Part shown: piece after piece, positions 1 to 9,984 of the stretch
Numbering within the stretch: position 1 is the first letter of the stretch
How the letters are laid out: each line of letters opens with the position of its first letter
NCBI GenBank assembly: GCA_963700285.1
Contig: CAVOXA010000010.1
Span: forward strand, 608,001-672,000
Length of the DNA stretch: 64,000 nt
Reading direction: 5' to 3'
Source: an uncultured Chloroflexia bacterium
GTDB taxonomy: Bacteria; Chloroflexota; Anaerolineae; JAAYZQ01
Translations under genes and position numbers: made by a program
Notes under the pieces: generated by a model
The model's input: only the letters and a program-made list of their open reading frames with translations
Told to the model about the DNA's origin: nothing
Databases searched by the model: none

Positions 1-1072
1 CGAGCCACGTCTTGGGATCGTCATTGAATCCGCTGGGTTCTCCCACTGCAAATGCTTTGCCCTCGCCTTTGTAGGTCGTGGCAAAGCCCTCATAATCCGG
101 GTCTATGCTGTCCCAGTTCTGTACGACACGATGGATCTCGTCCGCAGAACCACCAGCGCAGGTGACCTTTCCCTTGGTGTAGCGCACAAGCTCAGATTGC
201 TGGCTATAGCTGTTGCCTAGGCGTACCGGTGACCACCACTGGTGGAGCATCGACAGCGAGGCTGCCCAACACCATAGGTCGCAATCTTGCTGGTAGTAGG
301 GAACATCGTCGACCATGGAGACGACGGCGCTCGTAATGGCTGCCAGGCCCGTGGCGAACTCTCTGTTGCCAGCGCCTGGCGGGGGCTCCAGGCGCTCCAC
401 TGGGCTGGAAGGTAAGGGGTTGGTCTCGATGACAAAGCCGTCCGGTCCTTCCTCCTGTGGTAGCTCGTCCAACCCGAGGGCCGATTTTTGGCCGACGGGT
501 ATAAACTGGGACTGTGGGACGCCTGTACCGGTACTGGAGACGTACCAGTAGCTCTGTCCGTGGGCATAGATCAGCTTGGTATCCTCAGGGCGGATCCCTG
601 TGGCAGACGTGCCAGAACGCGCGATGGCAGTGGCTATCTGGTCAAGGCCGGGCTGGCCCGGCAATTCCGCAGCCGGCGACACATGATCCAGGCGCCAGCC
701 AAACTCGCCCGTCTGGGGGTCGATGCCGATCAGACCAACCATCTCTCCATCGTGCTCGACGGGAACGAGGATGTAGCGGGGGACAATCTCGTACCCCGTT
801 GCCTCAGAACCGGCGAGTTGGTACTGCAACAGCGGTTGGCCTGCGGTCGCTCGCTCCCATAGCGCGGCCGAGTCCCCGCGGCCCCTGCGGGCCAGTGCTC
901 GCGCTGCGCTGGGAATGTATTCCATGTTCACAAGGCGCGCCGCTTCTGACAAGGGGATGGCCGCGTCGTCTTGTGCCTGCACGTTGCTCGCTATGATGGT
1001 TAGAAGCATAAGGCAGATGAAGCACAGGAGCATGGCCTTGAGCATTCGCTGGAACATAGGTTTCTGTTGCAT
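1..1072 (-). CDS. Secreted papain-fold (C39-like) cysteine peptidase, 3' end beyond the window
   Basis: Manual translation (absent from the ORF track because there is no stop in the window): RBS GGAGGGG, ATG at 1072, signal peptide MQQKPMFQRMLKAMLLCFICLMLLTIIASNVQA, then VPYYQQDCDLWCWAASLSM, the Gln...Cys catalytic motif of C39-like peptidases. Frame is open to base 1. Confidence 0.75.
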   Translation of the reverse strand, partial: MQQKPMFQRMLKAMLLCFICLMLLTIIASNVQAQDDAAIPLSEAARLVNMEYIPSAARALARRGRGDSAALWERATAGQPLLQYQLAGSEATGYEIVPRYILVPVEHDGEMVGLIGIDPQTGEFGWRLDHVSPAAELPGQPGLDQIATAIARSGTSATGIRPEDTKLIYAHGQSYWYVSSTGTGVPQSQFIPVGQKSALGLDELPQEEGPDGFVIETNPLPSSPVERLEPPPGAGNREFATGLAAITSAVVSMVDDVPYYQQDCDLWCWAASLSMLHQWWSPVRLGNSYSQQSELVRYTKGKVTCAGGSADEIHRVVQNWDSIDPDYEGFATTYKGEGKAFAVGEPSGFNDDPKTWL

Positions 1073-1464
1073 AGCCCCTCCCTTGATACCTCAATGCGGC
1101 TGCCTGCCCGCAAAGCAAAAGCCCTCAGTCCATGGGCAGGCAGACCCGCTTTTGGTGGGTCATTTCTATTTGGGGTCTGGAAGCAATGATGGGACAGAAG
1201 ATCTCGAGTTCCTGGCAAGGTGAAGTGGGAATTGCGGGCGGAACGACCTGAAGCCGGCAGAAAAGGACTGTCGCCATGCTCCCATTGTAGATCAAGGGGC
1301 GTGGACAAAACAAGCCCTTTTGAGAGGATTTTTGGGAGGATTTTCGCTTCCCTTGGGGGGTAGGCCAGGGAAAAGCACCACATTGTCATTTTCCATCACT
1401 GGCCTCCTGTCTAATTGGTACGCTTGATGCCTGTTGCTGCAGGAACTAGGCGCACTTGAGCTGG

Positions 1465-3051
1465 TCATAGCGAAGAGCGCCGATAACGTACATGCCTCCA
1501 GACTGCCCGGGGTTCCGCGGCGCCGATGGCCAGCGAGACCGCTGCGTAGACTGCCGCCCCAGCCGCCACGGCCACACCAACTGTGAGCAGGATGGGGAAG
1601 CCTGCCAGCAGTGATGCCAGCGCCCCGGACACACCGCCCATCACCAGCGCGGCAAAAGCCATCCGCCCCAGCGAGCCGGCCATGCGCCGCCCTTCCAGCC
1701 CCTTCAATCGACGGCGGAGGATGCCCAGCAGTACGACCATCTCGACCGTCGTCGCCATCGAATTGCTCAGGGCCAACCCGCCAGTCGCCATCAAGCCCAA
1801 GGATTGAAAGATCTGGATAAACAGCAGGCTGAGAACGATGTTGAGTCCCATGGCCCCGATGCCCACGGCCACCGGTGTCCGCGTGTCGTGCAGGGCGTAG
1901 AAAACCCGGACCGTGATCTCGACCACCGAGTGGGCAGGCAGCCCCAGGGCAAAGAATCCCAGCGCCCAGGCTACCCTCTGTGTCGACAGGGCTGTAAACT
2001 CTCCGCGCTGGAAGACGAGCTGCACCAGCGGCACGCGGAGCACGATCAGGCCAACCGCCGCGGGCACAGCCAGATAGAGTACCGCTCGCAGGGTGGCTGC
2101 CAGCGTGCTTTGCATCTCGGCCCGCTGGTCCTTGGCTGCCTGGGCTGAAAAAGTGGGAAAAGCCGCCGTGGCCACTGCCTGGGCAAAGACTCCCTGCGGC
2201 AACAACATCAGCAGCCAGGCATAGTTGAGCGCGGCCAGGCTGCCGGGGGCCAGGCCGGAGGCCAGGATGGTGGTCACCAGAAAGTTGAGCTGTACCGCTG
2301 CCAGGCCCACCATCCGCGGCAGCATCAGGCGCCCTACTTCGTGTACCCCGGCATCTCGCAAACCCAAGGTCGCCGTGTAACGCATCCCGTAGCGTACCAG
2401 CCCGGGTATCTGAACCAGCAGGTGGCCCAAGGTCCCGACCGCCACGCCCACCGCCAATCCGTATACACCCATGGCCGGCGCAAGGAACACCGCCCCGGCG
2501 ATGATGCCCAGGTTGTACATGACCGGCGCCAGGGCCGGCAGCAAAAAGTGCTGCCGGGCGTTGAGAATGCCCATCACCACACCGCTCACGCCAAAGATTA
2601 CGGGTGTGAGCAGCATAAGGCGCATCAGATCGGCGGTAAGAACCTGGCGCGCCGGACCAAAGCCGGGGGCGATGATGGTCCGTACCAGCCAGGGGGCCAT
2701 GATCGCGGCCAGGGCTGACAGGAGCGTGGTCAGGATCAGCACCAGGTTGATGACCGCGCTGGCCAGCCGCCATGCGCCGGCCTCATGGTCCTGGGACCAG
2801 TAGCTGGCAAAGGTGGGGATAAAAGCCGAGGCCAGCGCCCCCCCGGCCACGACCTGGAACAGGATGTCGGGCACGCGAAAGGCGGCCAGGTACGCGTCCA
2901 GATCGCCGCCGGTGCCGAACTGGTGGCTGATGACCATCTCGCGCAGCAGGCCCAGGGCCCGGCTCGCGACGAACAGGGCCATCACCAGCCCCGCTGCCCG
3001 GGCGATCTGCGCCTTGTCAGCGGCGCCCTGCTGTTCGCGCTCTGCGGTCAC
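1465..3051 (-). CDS. murJ: Lipid II flippase MurJ (MviN)
   Basis: 528 aa polytopic membrane protein with SRALGLLRE, DAYLAAFRVPD, GGALASAFIP, LPQGVF and FYALHDTRTP motifs typical of MurJ. Confidence 0.95.
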   Translation of the reverse strand: MTAEREQQGAADKAQIARAAGLVMALFVASRALGLLREMVISHQFGTGGDLDAYLAAFRVPDILFQVVAGGALASAFIPTFASYWSQDHEAGAWRLASAVINLVLILTTLLSALAAIMAPWLVRTIIAPGFGPARQVLTADLMRLMLLTPVIFGVSGVVMGILNARQHFLLPALAPVMYNLGIIAGAVFLAPAMGVYGLAVGVAVGTLGHLLVQIPGLVRYGMRYTATLGLRDAGVHEVGRLMLPRMVGLAAVQLNFLVTTILASGLAPGSLAALNYAWLLMLLPQGVFAQAVATAAFPTFSAQAAKDQRAEMQSTLAATLRAVLYLAVPAAVGLIVLRVPLVQLVFQRGEFTALSTQRVAWALGFFALGLPAHSVVEITVRVFYALHDTRTPVAVGIGAMGLNIVLSLLFIQIFQSLGLMATGGLALSNSMATTVEMVVLLGILRRRLKGLEGRRMAGSLGRMAFAALVMGGVSGALASLLAGFPILLTVGVAVAAGAAVYAAVSLAIGAAEPRAVWRHVRYRRSSL

Positions 3052-3112
3052 GCTGCCATCCTGCGGGCAGCCGAAAGACCAGACTTGGCTGTGCCGTCGG
3101 TGCTGTACCCTT

Positions 3113-3146
3113 CGGTTCTCCGTGTCTCCTGTGCCTCTGCGGTGAA
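3113..3146. repeat. Short REP-like intergenic element
   Basis: GGTTCTCCGTGTCTCCTGTGCCTCTGCGGTGAA between selA and murJ. A similar GGAGACACGG purine motif recurs near 14320, 24850 and 30990. Confidence 0.35.
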
Positions 3147-3159
3147 CTGGATCATGGCG

Positions 3160-4542
3160 TTACCGGAGTGACGAAACAACCAATGGCCACAACATCTCTT
3201 CCTGCTCCGGCAAGACCGTGCGGGGATCCAGTACCAGGCGGCCATCCTCGATGCGGGCGATCACCGGCGGCTCCCCGGTCCGCAGATGGGCTGCGGCTGC
3301 GTCAGGCGAACCGACCATCAGCGCCACCAGCCATGTGGGCAGCGTCTCGCCAGGCACGCTCCCCCCACCAACTGTCGAGCGCCCGCGTACGATCTCCGCT
3401 CCTATCCCCACCCTCCTCAGCTCGCGTACCCAGGTCGAGGCTCGCTCCTCCAGCATATCTTCCGATTGGCTGATCATGCGCCACACTGGTACCTTTTCCG
3501 TCGCTTCACCCAGCAAGTAATGGCGCAGCGTGGCTTGCAGCCCGGCCAGCGTCGTCTTGTCCACGCGCAGCGCGCGGGTCAGCGGGAATCGCTTCAAACG
3601 GCTGATGAGGTCTGTTCTGCCCAAGATTAGACCCGCCTGGGGGCCACCCAGGAGCTTGTCGCCGCTGCATGATACCAACGATGCCCCGGAGGCCACACTT
3701 TCCTGGATGGTTGGCTCGTGGGCCAGGCCATACGGCGCCGTATCCAGCAGTGTGCCGCTGCCCAGGTCGTCAAACAGGAACAAGTCCCGTTTACCAAGCA
3801 GTGCTACTAACGCTGCCAGCGGCGGCTCGTGGACAAAGCCCATCAGCTGGAAATTGCTGCGATGGACGCGCATCAGCGCCGCGGTATTCTCGGTGATGGC
3901 TGCCTCATAGTCGCTGGCATAGGTGCGATTTGTAGTGCCTACTTCGACCAGCGTGGCGCCGCTCTGGCGCATCACGTCGGGAATGCGAAAGCCACCGCCG
4001 ATTTCCACCAACTGACCCCGGGAGATGATCACTTCCCGTCCCTGGGCAAAGGCCATCAGGATGAGCAGGACGGCAGCAGCGTTGTTGTTGACCACCAGCG
4101 CCGCCTCAGCGCCCGTCAACCGGCAGAGGGTCTCCTCGGCATGGACGTAGCGCGAGCCCCGCTGTCCTGCCTCGAGATCATACTCGAGGTTGGAGTAGCC
4201 CAAAGCCACGGCGTCCATCGCGGCGCGTGCTTCTGCGCTCAGCGGAGCGCGGCCCATGTTGGTATGGACGATCACCCCCGTGGCGTTGATGGCTGGCCGT
4301 AAGGTAGGCCGCAGCCGAGCCGCCAACCGCTCGTGTACTCCTTGGGCCAGCATCTCGTCGGACGGGCATAACTGGCCATCATGGATGTCTTGCCTCGCTT
4401 CCTCCAGCGTCTCTCGAATGGCTTCCACCGCCAGTTCGTGGCTCCAGCGGGCGGCCAGCGCCGCCACCTGCTCCGCCTGAAGCAGGCGGTCTACACTGGG
4501 CAGCTTGCGAAGTTCTTCCTGTTCGTTCGTTGAACCCTTCAT
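3160..4542 (-). CDS. selA: L-seryl-tRNA(Sec) selenium transferase
   Basis: 460 aa with LPSVDRLL, INATGVIVHTNMGRAPL, YSNLEYDL, VNNNAAAV, EIGGGFRIPDVM, EVGTTNRT and the PLP-lysine motif SGDKLLGGPQAG. Confidence 0.97.
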   Translation of the reverse strand: MKGSTNEQEELRKLPSVDRLLQAEQVAALAARWSHELAVEAIRETLEEARQDIHDGQLCPSDEMLAQGVHERLAARLRPTLRPAINATGVIVHTNMGRAPLSAEARAAMDAVALGYSNLEYDLEAGQRGSRYVHAEETLCRLTGAEAALVVNNNAAAVLLILMAFAQGREVIISRGQLVEIGGGFRIPDVMRQSGATLVEVGTTNRTYASDYEAAITENTAALMRVHRSNFQLMGFVHEPPLAALVALLGKRDLFLFDDLGSGTLLDTAPYGLAHEPTIQESVASGASLVSCSGDKLLGGPQAGLILGRTDLISRLKRFPLTRALRVDKTTLAGLQATLRHYLLGEATEKVPVWRMISQSEDMLEERASTWVRELRRVGIGAEIVRGRSTVGGGSVPGETLPTWLVALMVGSPDAAAAHLRTGEPPVIARIEDGRLVLDPRTVLPEQEEMLWPLVVSSLR

Positions 4543-4600
4543 CCAGTACCTTGTCCTTTCCGGCTACCAGCAGAAGGCGCCCTGCGCCGCTCCAATCTCC

Positions 4601-4972
4601 CTACGAGTCGCCTCCCATCCGCAGAATGAATACTTCGATGGCCAAAAAGATCAAGGCGATGATGAATGCAAAACCCAGGTTGAGGACACGGTGTGTCTGC
4701 AGCCAGGCATATGACGTCAGGCACAGCGCTCCCCAGACACTGTGCCGCAGGAAGCGCCAGGGGCTACGTGCCGCAGGATTGGTCCCAAAGCGATGGTTCA
4801 GGTAGGCCGTCACTGGGGCCAGTGTGGCGGCCAGCGACAGAAAGAGCAGGATGAAAAAGGATAGCCGGGATCCAGGCTGTTCCGGCCCGACCTGGCTCGT
4901 GAGCTGAAAAAGGCCCCACCAGCCAGCTACGGCCACAATGACCGCAAGCAACAGCACAAATCTGGTGCGCAC
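4601..4972 (-). CDS. Small four-TM hypothetical membrane protein
   Basis: 123 aa with four hydrophobic segments, RBS AAGGAAGGGG, co-oriented upstream of selA. Confidence 0.75.
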   Translation of the reverse strand: MRTRFVLLLAVIVAVAGWWGLFQLTSQVGPEQPGSRLSFFILLFLSLAATLAPVTAYLNHRFGTNPAARSPWRFLRHSVWGALCLTSYAWLQTHRVLNLGFAFIIALIFLAIEVFILRMGGDS

Positions 4973-5204
4973 CTGCCCCTTCCTTCGCGGTCTGCCATGG
5001 TGGGCGGATCACTGTTGGCTACCTGGTTCCCACCGGGCACGTCGTACCATGCCTCGCTACAGCCCCATTATACCCCAGAACGGCACAGGAGACCAAGAAG
5101 CCAGACAGACCTGCAGGAAGACACCGAGATTCGGGTTTTTGTACCCCGTGTGGCATAATCTGGAGGGTACCATCCAGTATCCGGTCATGGTGTCTGAATA
5201 ACGG

Positions 5205-5440
5205 ATGTCACTGGACGAGGTAGCGCGCATCTTGCTCGATGTGCTCGCTGGATTGGACTATGCCCACAGCGAGGGCATGATCCCCCGCGATGTCAAGCCC
5301 GCCAATATCCTGCCAAGCCGCCGTGGCCAGGCCGTGCTCACCGATTCTGGCATTGCCCAGATCGTCGGCGGCACGCGCTACACAGCCTCGGGTGCGTTGA
5401 TGGGTACCTTGAACTACATGTCACCCGAGCAGGGCCTGGC
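5205..5440 (+). pseudogene. Hanks-type Ser/Thr kinase fragment
   Basis: LDYAHSEGMIPRDVKPANIL...TDSGIA...GTLNYMSPEQ. HRD is changed to PRD and DFG to DSG, the N-lobe is missing, and similarity ends after SPEQ. Confidence 0.8.
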
Positions 5441-5759
5441 TGTGGCCTATGGAGCTGCTGGCCCTGGCCTCAGGCTTCTTGTTCGCTGCCATCTATATGC
5501 AGAGTATCTGGCTGGTCATCTCGGCCATCATTGTCGGACTCAATGCCCTGGCCTTCCAGTTCTCCGCCATCACCGGGCTGTGACACTGGTGGCCGGTGGG
5601 GCTTTTGGGACCCGCTATACTCCTGCTCTCGGGCTCTGTCCTGCTGGCATGGGGGATGGCGCGCTACCTCTTGCTGCCCAGATCTGCGCTAGAGTGATAT
5701 CAAGCCAGACATGAGACACAACTGGCCCATGACGACGACACCCACGATCATGAGTTGGC

Positions 5760-7700
5760 TCAACCGAGGCCAAATACAAAGAACCAGAGAATCACGACGC
5801 CAAAGGACACGACATAGGTCAGGGGATATACCCAGTCCAGCACGTTATCAATTCGCTCCGCCAGGTCAGCTTTGTCCTGCATCTCCAACCGCCGCAGAAA
5901 CACATTGTAGACGATCACAAAGGCGTTGACAATGAACATGATGACCATCACCGAGTCCAGAAAGGTCAGATAGCCCAATCGGGGAAAGTCTTCGGCCAGG
6001 CTCCAACTGAAGGCGATGAACAGCAACAGGTTGGCGCTGGCAACCTCGATCCGCCGGCCATAGTCCCGGAGGAAGAATGTGACCCATGACACGACAATGA
6101 TCAGCAGGATGGGGACAAAGACGCGCAGGATATAGTAGCCCAAGTGGCGCGGCGCCTCAAAACTGAAGGTGAAACGGGAGGTCGTGGGGCCGCCCCTGGT
6201 TTTTTCGCTGGTGATGCTGGTCTGAAAGTCCGTCAGGGCATACTCGTCCTCGCCGTGCTCCGGGCTGATCTCGGTAAAGCCCTCCAAGTCGGCATAGTGA
6301 TAGTACTCCTCGGGGTAGAGCGCGTCAACCCGGATCACAAACTGCTGGGTATCAAAAGGATACTGCCTAAAGTCGAAATCGACCTGAAAATCCGTCGTGA
6401 AGCGTTCAAAATAGCTGGCACGCCCGTCGGCAAAAACGACCAGGTCCCGGTTCTGGATCCAGCGGTTGCCCTGCTGGTTCTGCAGGCTGAAAGCAGGCCA
6501 TCTCCCCCCAAACTCATCCAGAAATTGGCTGAAGGTTTCCTGGGTATAGGTCTTGAGAACGCATTGGCAGGTGTCAGGACTAAAGGCAAGGGTCGGGTCG
6601 GCCCATTCCATCTGCAAGCTGGATACCGCCGTGAAAAACTCCTGCTGCGAAACCACATCGATGATCTGTTCCACGCGCATGCCGACCTGGACCTCTACGG
6701 GCGCTCGAATCACCACCCGCCCATCGGGCTCTGCCTGTCCAGCCATCACTTCAGGCACGTTGATGCCCACCAGCAGGCGATAGTCGCCACTGGTCACACG
6801 TTCGTCCCCGCAACAGCTGGTGATCTCGAGCCTGTAGTTCTGGGCTGCTTCAGGAAAGGTGTACTGCAGGCTGGCCCGAGGCTCGCTGCCGCCCAGGTTT
6901 CCGACGCGGATCGGCTTGCGGGCAAAGTTCTGCAGCTCGATGATGGGCGCCAGATCCCCCGACGTCGCTTCGACAAAAGCATACAGGGTATCCCCAGGTC
7001 GAAGGCCTTGTAGCTCCACAAAAGTGGACCTCTTTTCCGGCGTGAGGGATCCAGAGACCTCCTGGACACCGGCCCCGAGCGGTGTGGCTTCGGCGTCCAA
7101 CACCGCAATGGTGTCGCCGGTGGACATGGTTTCGCCATTGGGCGTTTCCCCGCCGGCCAGGACATCTGGAACGTCCAGCCCGATCAGCAGATGGTACTCG
7201 CCAAAGGTCTGCCCTCCAGCTACTGCCAGTGCTCCGGTGACCAGCAGCCGGTAATCGCCGTCAGTCGGTACCTCGAACTCGAGGGCCGCCGACAGCCCCC
7301 CACCGCTATCATCATCCCAGGCCAACGTGAACTCGTCGCGGACTTGGTCCAGCGCTTCCAGTGGGTCTAACCCACCGGCGACAGCCTCATCCAGGGCAGT
7401 TTCGGCTGACATTTCCAGCGCCGCGGGATCGGCATCCGTCTCTACCACACCCATGATGGGGTCCAAGTTGCCTGATATGCCATCCACTCGAACGTAGAGC
7501 GTCTGGCCCGCCTGAAGATCGGGTAGACGATACAACACAATCTCCCCGGGCTCGATCCTACCGGTCAGCTCTTGAACCGGCCCATCGCCCTGAGCCAAGG
7601 CTGGACCCATGCCGAGGGTCAAGGTCAGCCCCACAAGTAGAAAGGGCAACAGCCACTTTGGACAGCGGCCAGAGATAAAGCGGTAGTCAATCCTTTGCAT
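5760..7700 (-). CDS. Prokaryotic pentameric ligand-gated ion channel with two extra N-terminal domains (DeCLIC-like)
   Basis: Signal peptide, two repeated beta-rich N-terminal domains (GNLDP/GDLAP, YRLL), Pro-loop DFRQYPFDTQ, NQQGNRW, DGRASYFERFT, and four C-terminal TM helices with YYILRVFVP and FPRLGYLT. Confidence 0.9.
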   Translation of the reverse strand: MQRIDYRFISGRCPKWLLPFLLVGLTLTLGMGPALAQGDGPVQELTGRIEPGEIVLYRLPDLQAGQTLYVRVDGISGNLDPIMGVVETDADPAALEMSAETALDEAVAGGLDPLEALDQVRDEFTLAWDDDSGGGLSAALEFEVPTDGDYRLLVTGALAVAGGQTFGEYHLLIGLDVPDVLAGGETPNGETMSTGDTIAVLDAEATPLGAGVQEVSGSLTPEKRSTFVELQGLRPGDTLYAFVEATSGDLAPIIELQNFARKPIRVGNLGGSEPRASLQYTFPEAAQNYRLEITSCCGDERVTSGDYRLLVGINVPEVMAGQAEPDGRVVIRAPVEVQVGMRVEQIIDVVSQQEFFTAVSSLQMEWADPTLAFSPDTCQCVLKTYTQETFSQFLDEFGGRWPAFSLQNQQGNRWIQNRDLVVFADGRASYFERFTTDFQVDFDFRQYPFDTQQFVIRVDALYPEEYYHYADLEGFTEISPEHGEDEYALTDFQTSITSEKTRGGPTTSRFTFSFEAPRHLGYYILRVFVPILLIIVVSWVTFFLRDYGRRIEVASANLLLFIAFSWSLAEDFPRLGYLTFLDSVMVIMFIVNAFVIVYNVFLRRLEMQDKADLAERIDNVLDWVYPLTYVVSFGVVILWFFVFGLG

Positions 7701-7888
7701 ATGTACAGTCCAAATCTGTTCCCAGGTAATGCCGGGACTCTCAAACGAGAGCCTTTGAGTCCATCGTACTGTCTCTCAATGCGAAGCGGTGAACTCATGA
7801 TACCATGAATTAGCCCGCTGGGCAAAGGCTCGGCGTAGGGACAAGAACTGTCCTCGAGTGCTGCCTGCACGGGATCTGCAGAATGCAA

Positions 7889-7927
7889 AACGCGAGACGT
7901 GATTTCACGCCTCACGTCCTCGCGTTC
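7889..7927 (-). terminator. Putative intrinsic terminator/hairpin
   Basis: AACGCGAGACGTGA...TCACGTCCTCGCGTT inverted repeat downstream of 7997-8761, followed by TTTT on the minus strand. Confidence 0.5.
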
Positions 7928-7996
7928 TACACTGTCAATCCGCCTCCAGGTACGGTAGGATCTTCCGGTTGCCTGGAAGCGTACAGAAGAACTTAT

Positions 7997-8761
7997 CTAG
8001 GCTTCCTCCCCCGCGTCCGCCTCTTCCGCTTCTTCGACTTCGACGACCTCTTCCTCAGGTACGGAAGCGCCGACGGCATAGACCGTGCCCTCTTCGGTGG
8101 CGATCAGGGCCTCGCCCACGGTGCCGTCTTCAGTCGTGACCATGTTGCCGGCGATGAGCCCGTCCTCGGTAATGATCAGACGGCTGGACTCAACCCCATC
8201 CTCGCCCGTGGACACCCGGGCCGCGGCAAAGGCATCGGTTGTACTCAGCGCGGTGTAGGCAACCTCGCGCCCGGCGTCGAGCTGGGCGGAGACGTCGGCC
8301 GCAATCTCCTCGGTAAAGACGTCCGCGTCGGCCTCGGCCATCTGTTTCTCCAACTCGGCCACCCACTTGTGCTCGACGATGGCGATGATGGCCGAGGTGC
8401 CGGGCTTGAGCCCTTCGCCCACTTTTTTCAGCCGCTCGTCGGAAAAGCCTGAATCGCGCAGCTTGGCGGCCAGCCCGCCGATCAGAGCGCCAACTGCGCC
8501 GGTCACCAGGGCCCCCGGGCCGAGCAGGATGCCAGCGGCAGCGCCGATGGCGCCCCCAGCCACGGCGCCCTTGCCACCACCCCAGTCGCCTGTCTCCTTG
8601 ATGTGGAGCTTGTTCTTTTCGTCGCGGCGGATGACAGCGGCATTCTGGATGCCTATCAGGCCCGCCCACTTGGCTTCCTTCAACTCCTGCAGGGCCTCGT
8701 CGGCGGCCTTTTCCTCGTTGAACGCAGCAATGAGCATCTGAACTGGAACATCACTCATCAT
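7997..8761 (-). CDS. DUF1269-family glycine-zipper protein with acidic C-terminal tail
   Basis: IQNAAVIRRDEKNKLHI, GAVAGGAIGAAAGILLGP, LRDSGF, LKPGTSAI; RBS GGAGG. Confidence 0.85.
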   Translation of the reverse strand: MMSDVPVQMLIAAFNEEKAADEALQELKEAKWAGLIGIQNAAVIRRDEKNKLHIKETGDWGGGKGAVAGGAIGAAAGILLGPGALVTGAVGALIGGLAAKLRDSGFSDERLKKVGEGLKPGTSAIIAIVEHKWVAELEKQMAEADADVFTEEIAADVSAQLDAGREVAYTALSTTDAFAAARVSTGEDGVESSRLIITEDGLIAGNMVTTEDGTVGEALIATEEGTVYAVGASVPEEEVVEVEEAEEADAGEEA

Positions 8762-9179
8762 AGAACCTCCCTTTGAAATAGTGATTGTTTTCTGGTCTTA
8801 TTGTAGCACGAACGCCGCAACCGCACATCAGCCGATCGTACAGTCTTTTACCTATACAAATGTACAGTCTTTCGTTGGAACGAGCTTTTTGCCTCCTTGG
8901 ACGGCCTCATTGTGTTCAGTGTGACTGGGCTTCACCCCCCCAGAAAGTGGGCGCATTGACAACCACTACAAACCGTGATACGGTATCTCTGCTGATCCGC
9001 CGTAGGCAACGCACTGTTATGTCAATCATCCGGAACTACAATCCGGCCTCCGTGAACTTGATGGAAGCGGATTGGACTGAAAGCTGAAAGGTGGTCCGAA
9101 CATGATGACATTGAAGCCACACCCTCGTACTCGTAATGCATGGCTGCGAAACGACATGCCCTTGGTCGTCAAGGCGCCG

Positions 9180-9356
9180 CATCTCAACGGCGATTCTGTA
9201 CCGGCATCGGTGGGTACGGCCCTCGACTTGTTGGGTGGCCTGGAGAGGACGATTCGGCCAGGCGACGAGGTGATGATCAAACCCAACTTGAACTGCTCGT
9301 ATGCCCTGCCGCTTTCGACGGAACTGGGCTTTTTGGCCGCGATGGCATCATCGTGA
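9180..9356 (+). pseudogene. DUF362-family N-terminal fragment
   Basis: ALDLLGGLERTIRPGDEVMIKPNLN matches the DUF362 KPN motif; it is truncated next to an IS end. Confidence 0.6.
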
Positions 9357-9366
9357 AGGCTGAGGC

Positions 9367-9984
9367 CATTGGTCACAAGTTAAGGATCTGATGAATCTGT
9401 CAAGTCGAGCAGCTCAAGTGGAGACGGTCGATGTTTCCGTTTGCGTTTGACAACCCCGAGCAACTTTGCATTGTCGGCCAGGTAGACGACGGGGTCGTCC
9501 GTTTCGCCCCGATGGTACGCTTGGGCGAAGTAATAGATGCTCCGGTAGACCATCTCCATAGAAATCGCTGCAAACGGCTTGTTCAGATGTTCGGCGATAG
9601 CGTCCGTCAAGTCGACCAAAATAGCATACAACAACCAGGTGGCCCACAACTCAAGCTCGACACCGTTCTGCGAGCCAACCCAGAAGTATGCCAGACCCAG
9701 CAACCGCTTGACGATGTTGTACGCATCTTCGATTCGCCAGCGCTGCCAGTAAAGTGCCACCACGTAGGGCGCCGGCAAACGCTCCGTATCCAATTCATTG
9801 GTCAGGTAGCGGTACCACTTGCCCTGGTACAGAACCTGGATGAGGCGAACCAACTTCCGGTCGTCGCCCTTGCCAATCCAAACCAGGATTTCGTGGACTT
9901 GGGCAGTCCGCTGCAGATAACGTTCGACCTCATAGGCCAGGTTACTCTTGGCTCGTGTCACGAAAGTGATGCCTGCCGTCGTCA
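9367..9984 (-). mobile_element. 5'-truncated IS4-family element (transposase C-terminal half plus one end)
   Basis: GITFVTRAK, YLTNELD and LYWQRWRIEDAYNIVKR (YREK signature); probable terminal sequence AACTTGTGACCAATGG just after the stop codon. Confidence 0.85.
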
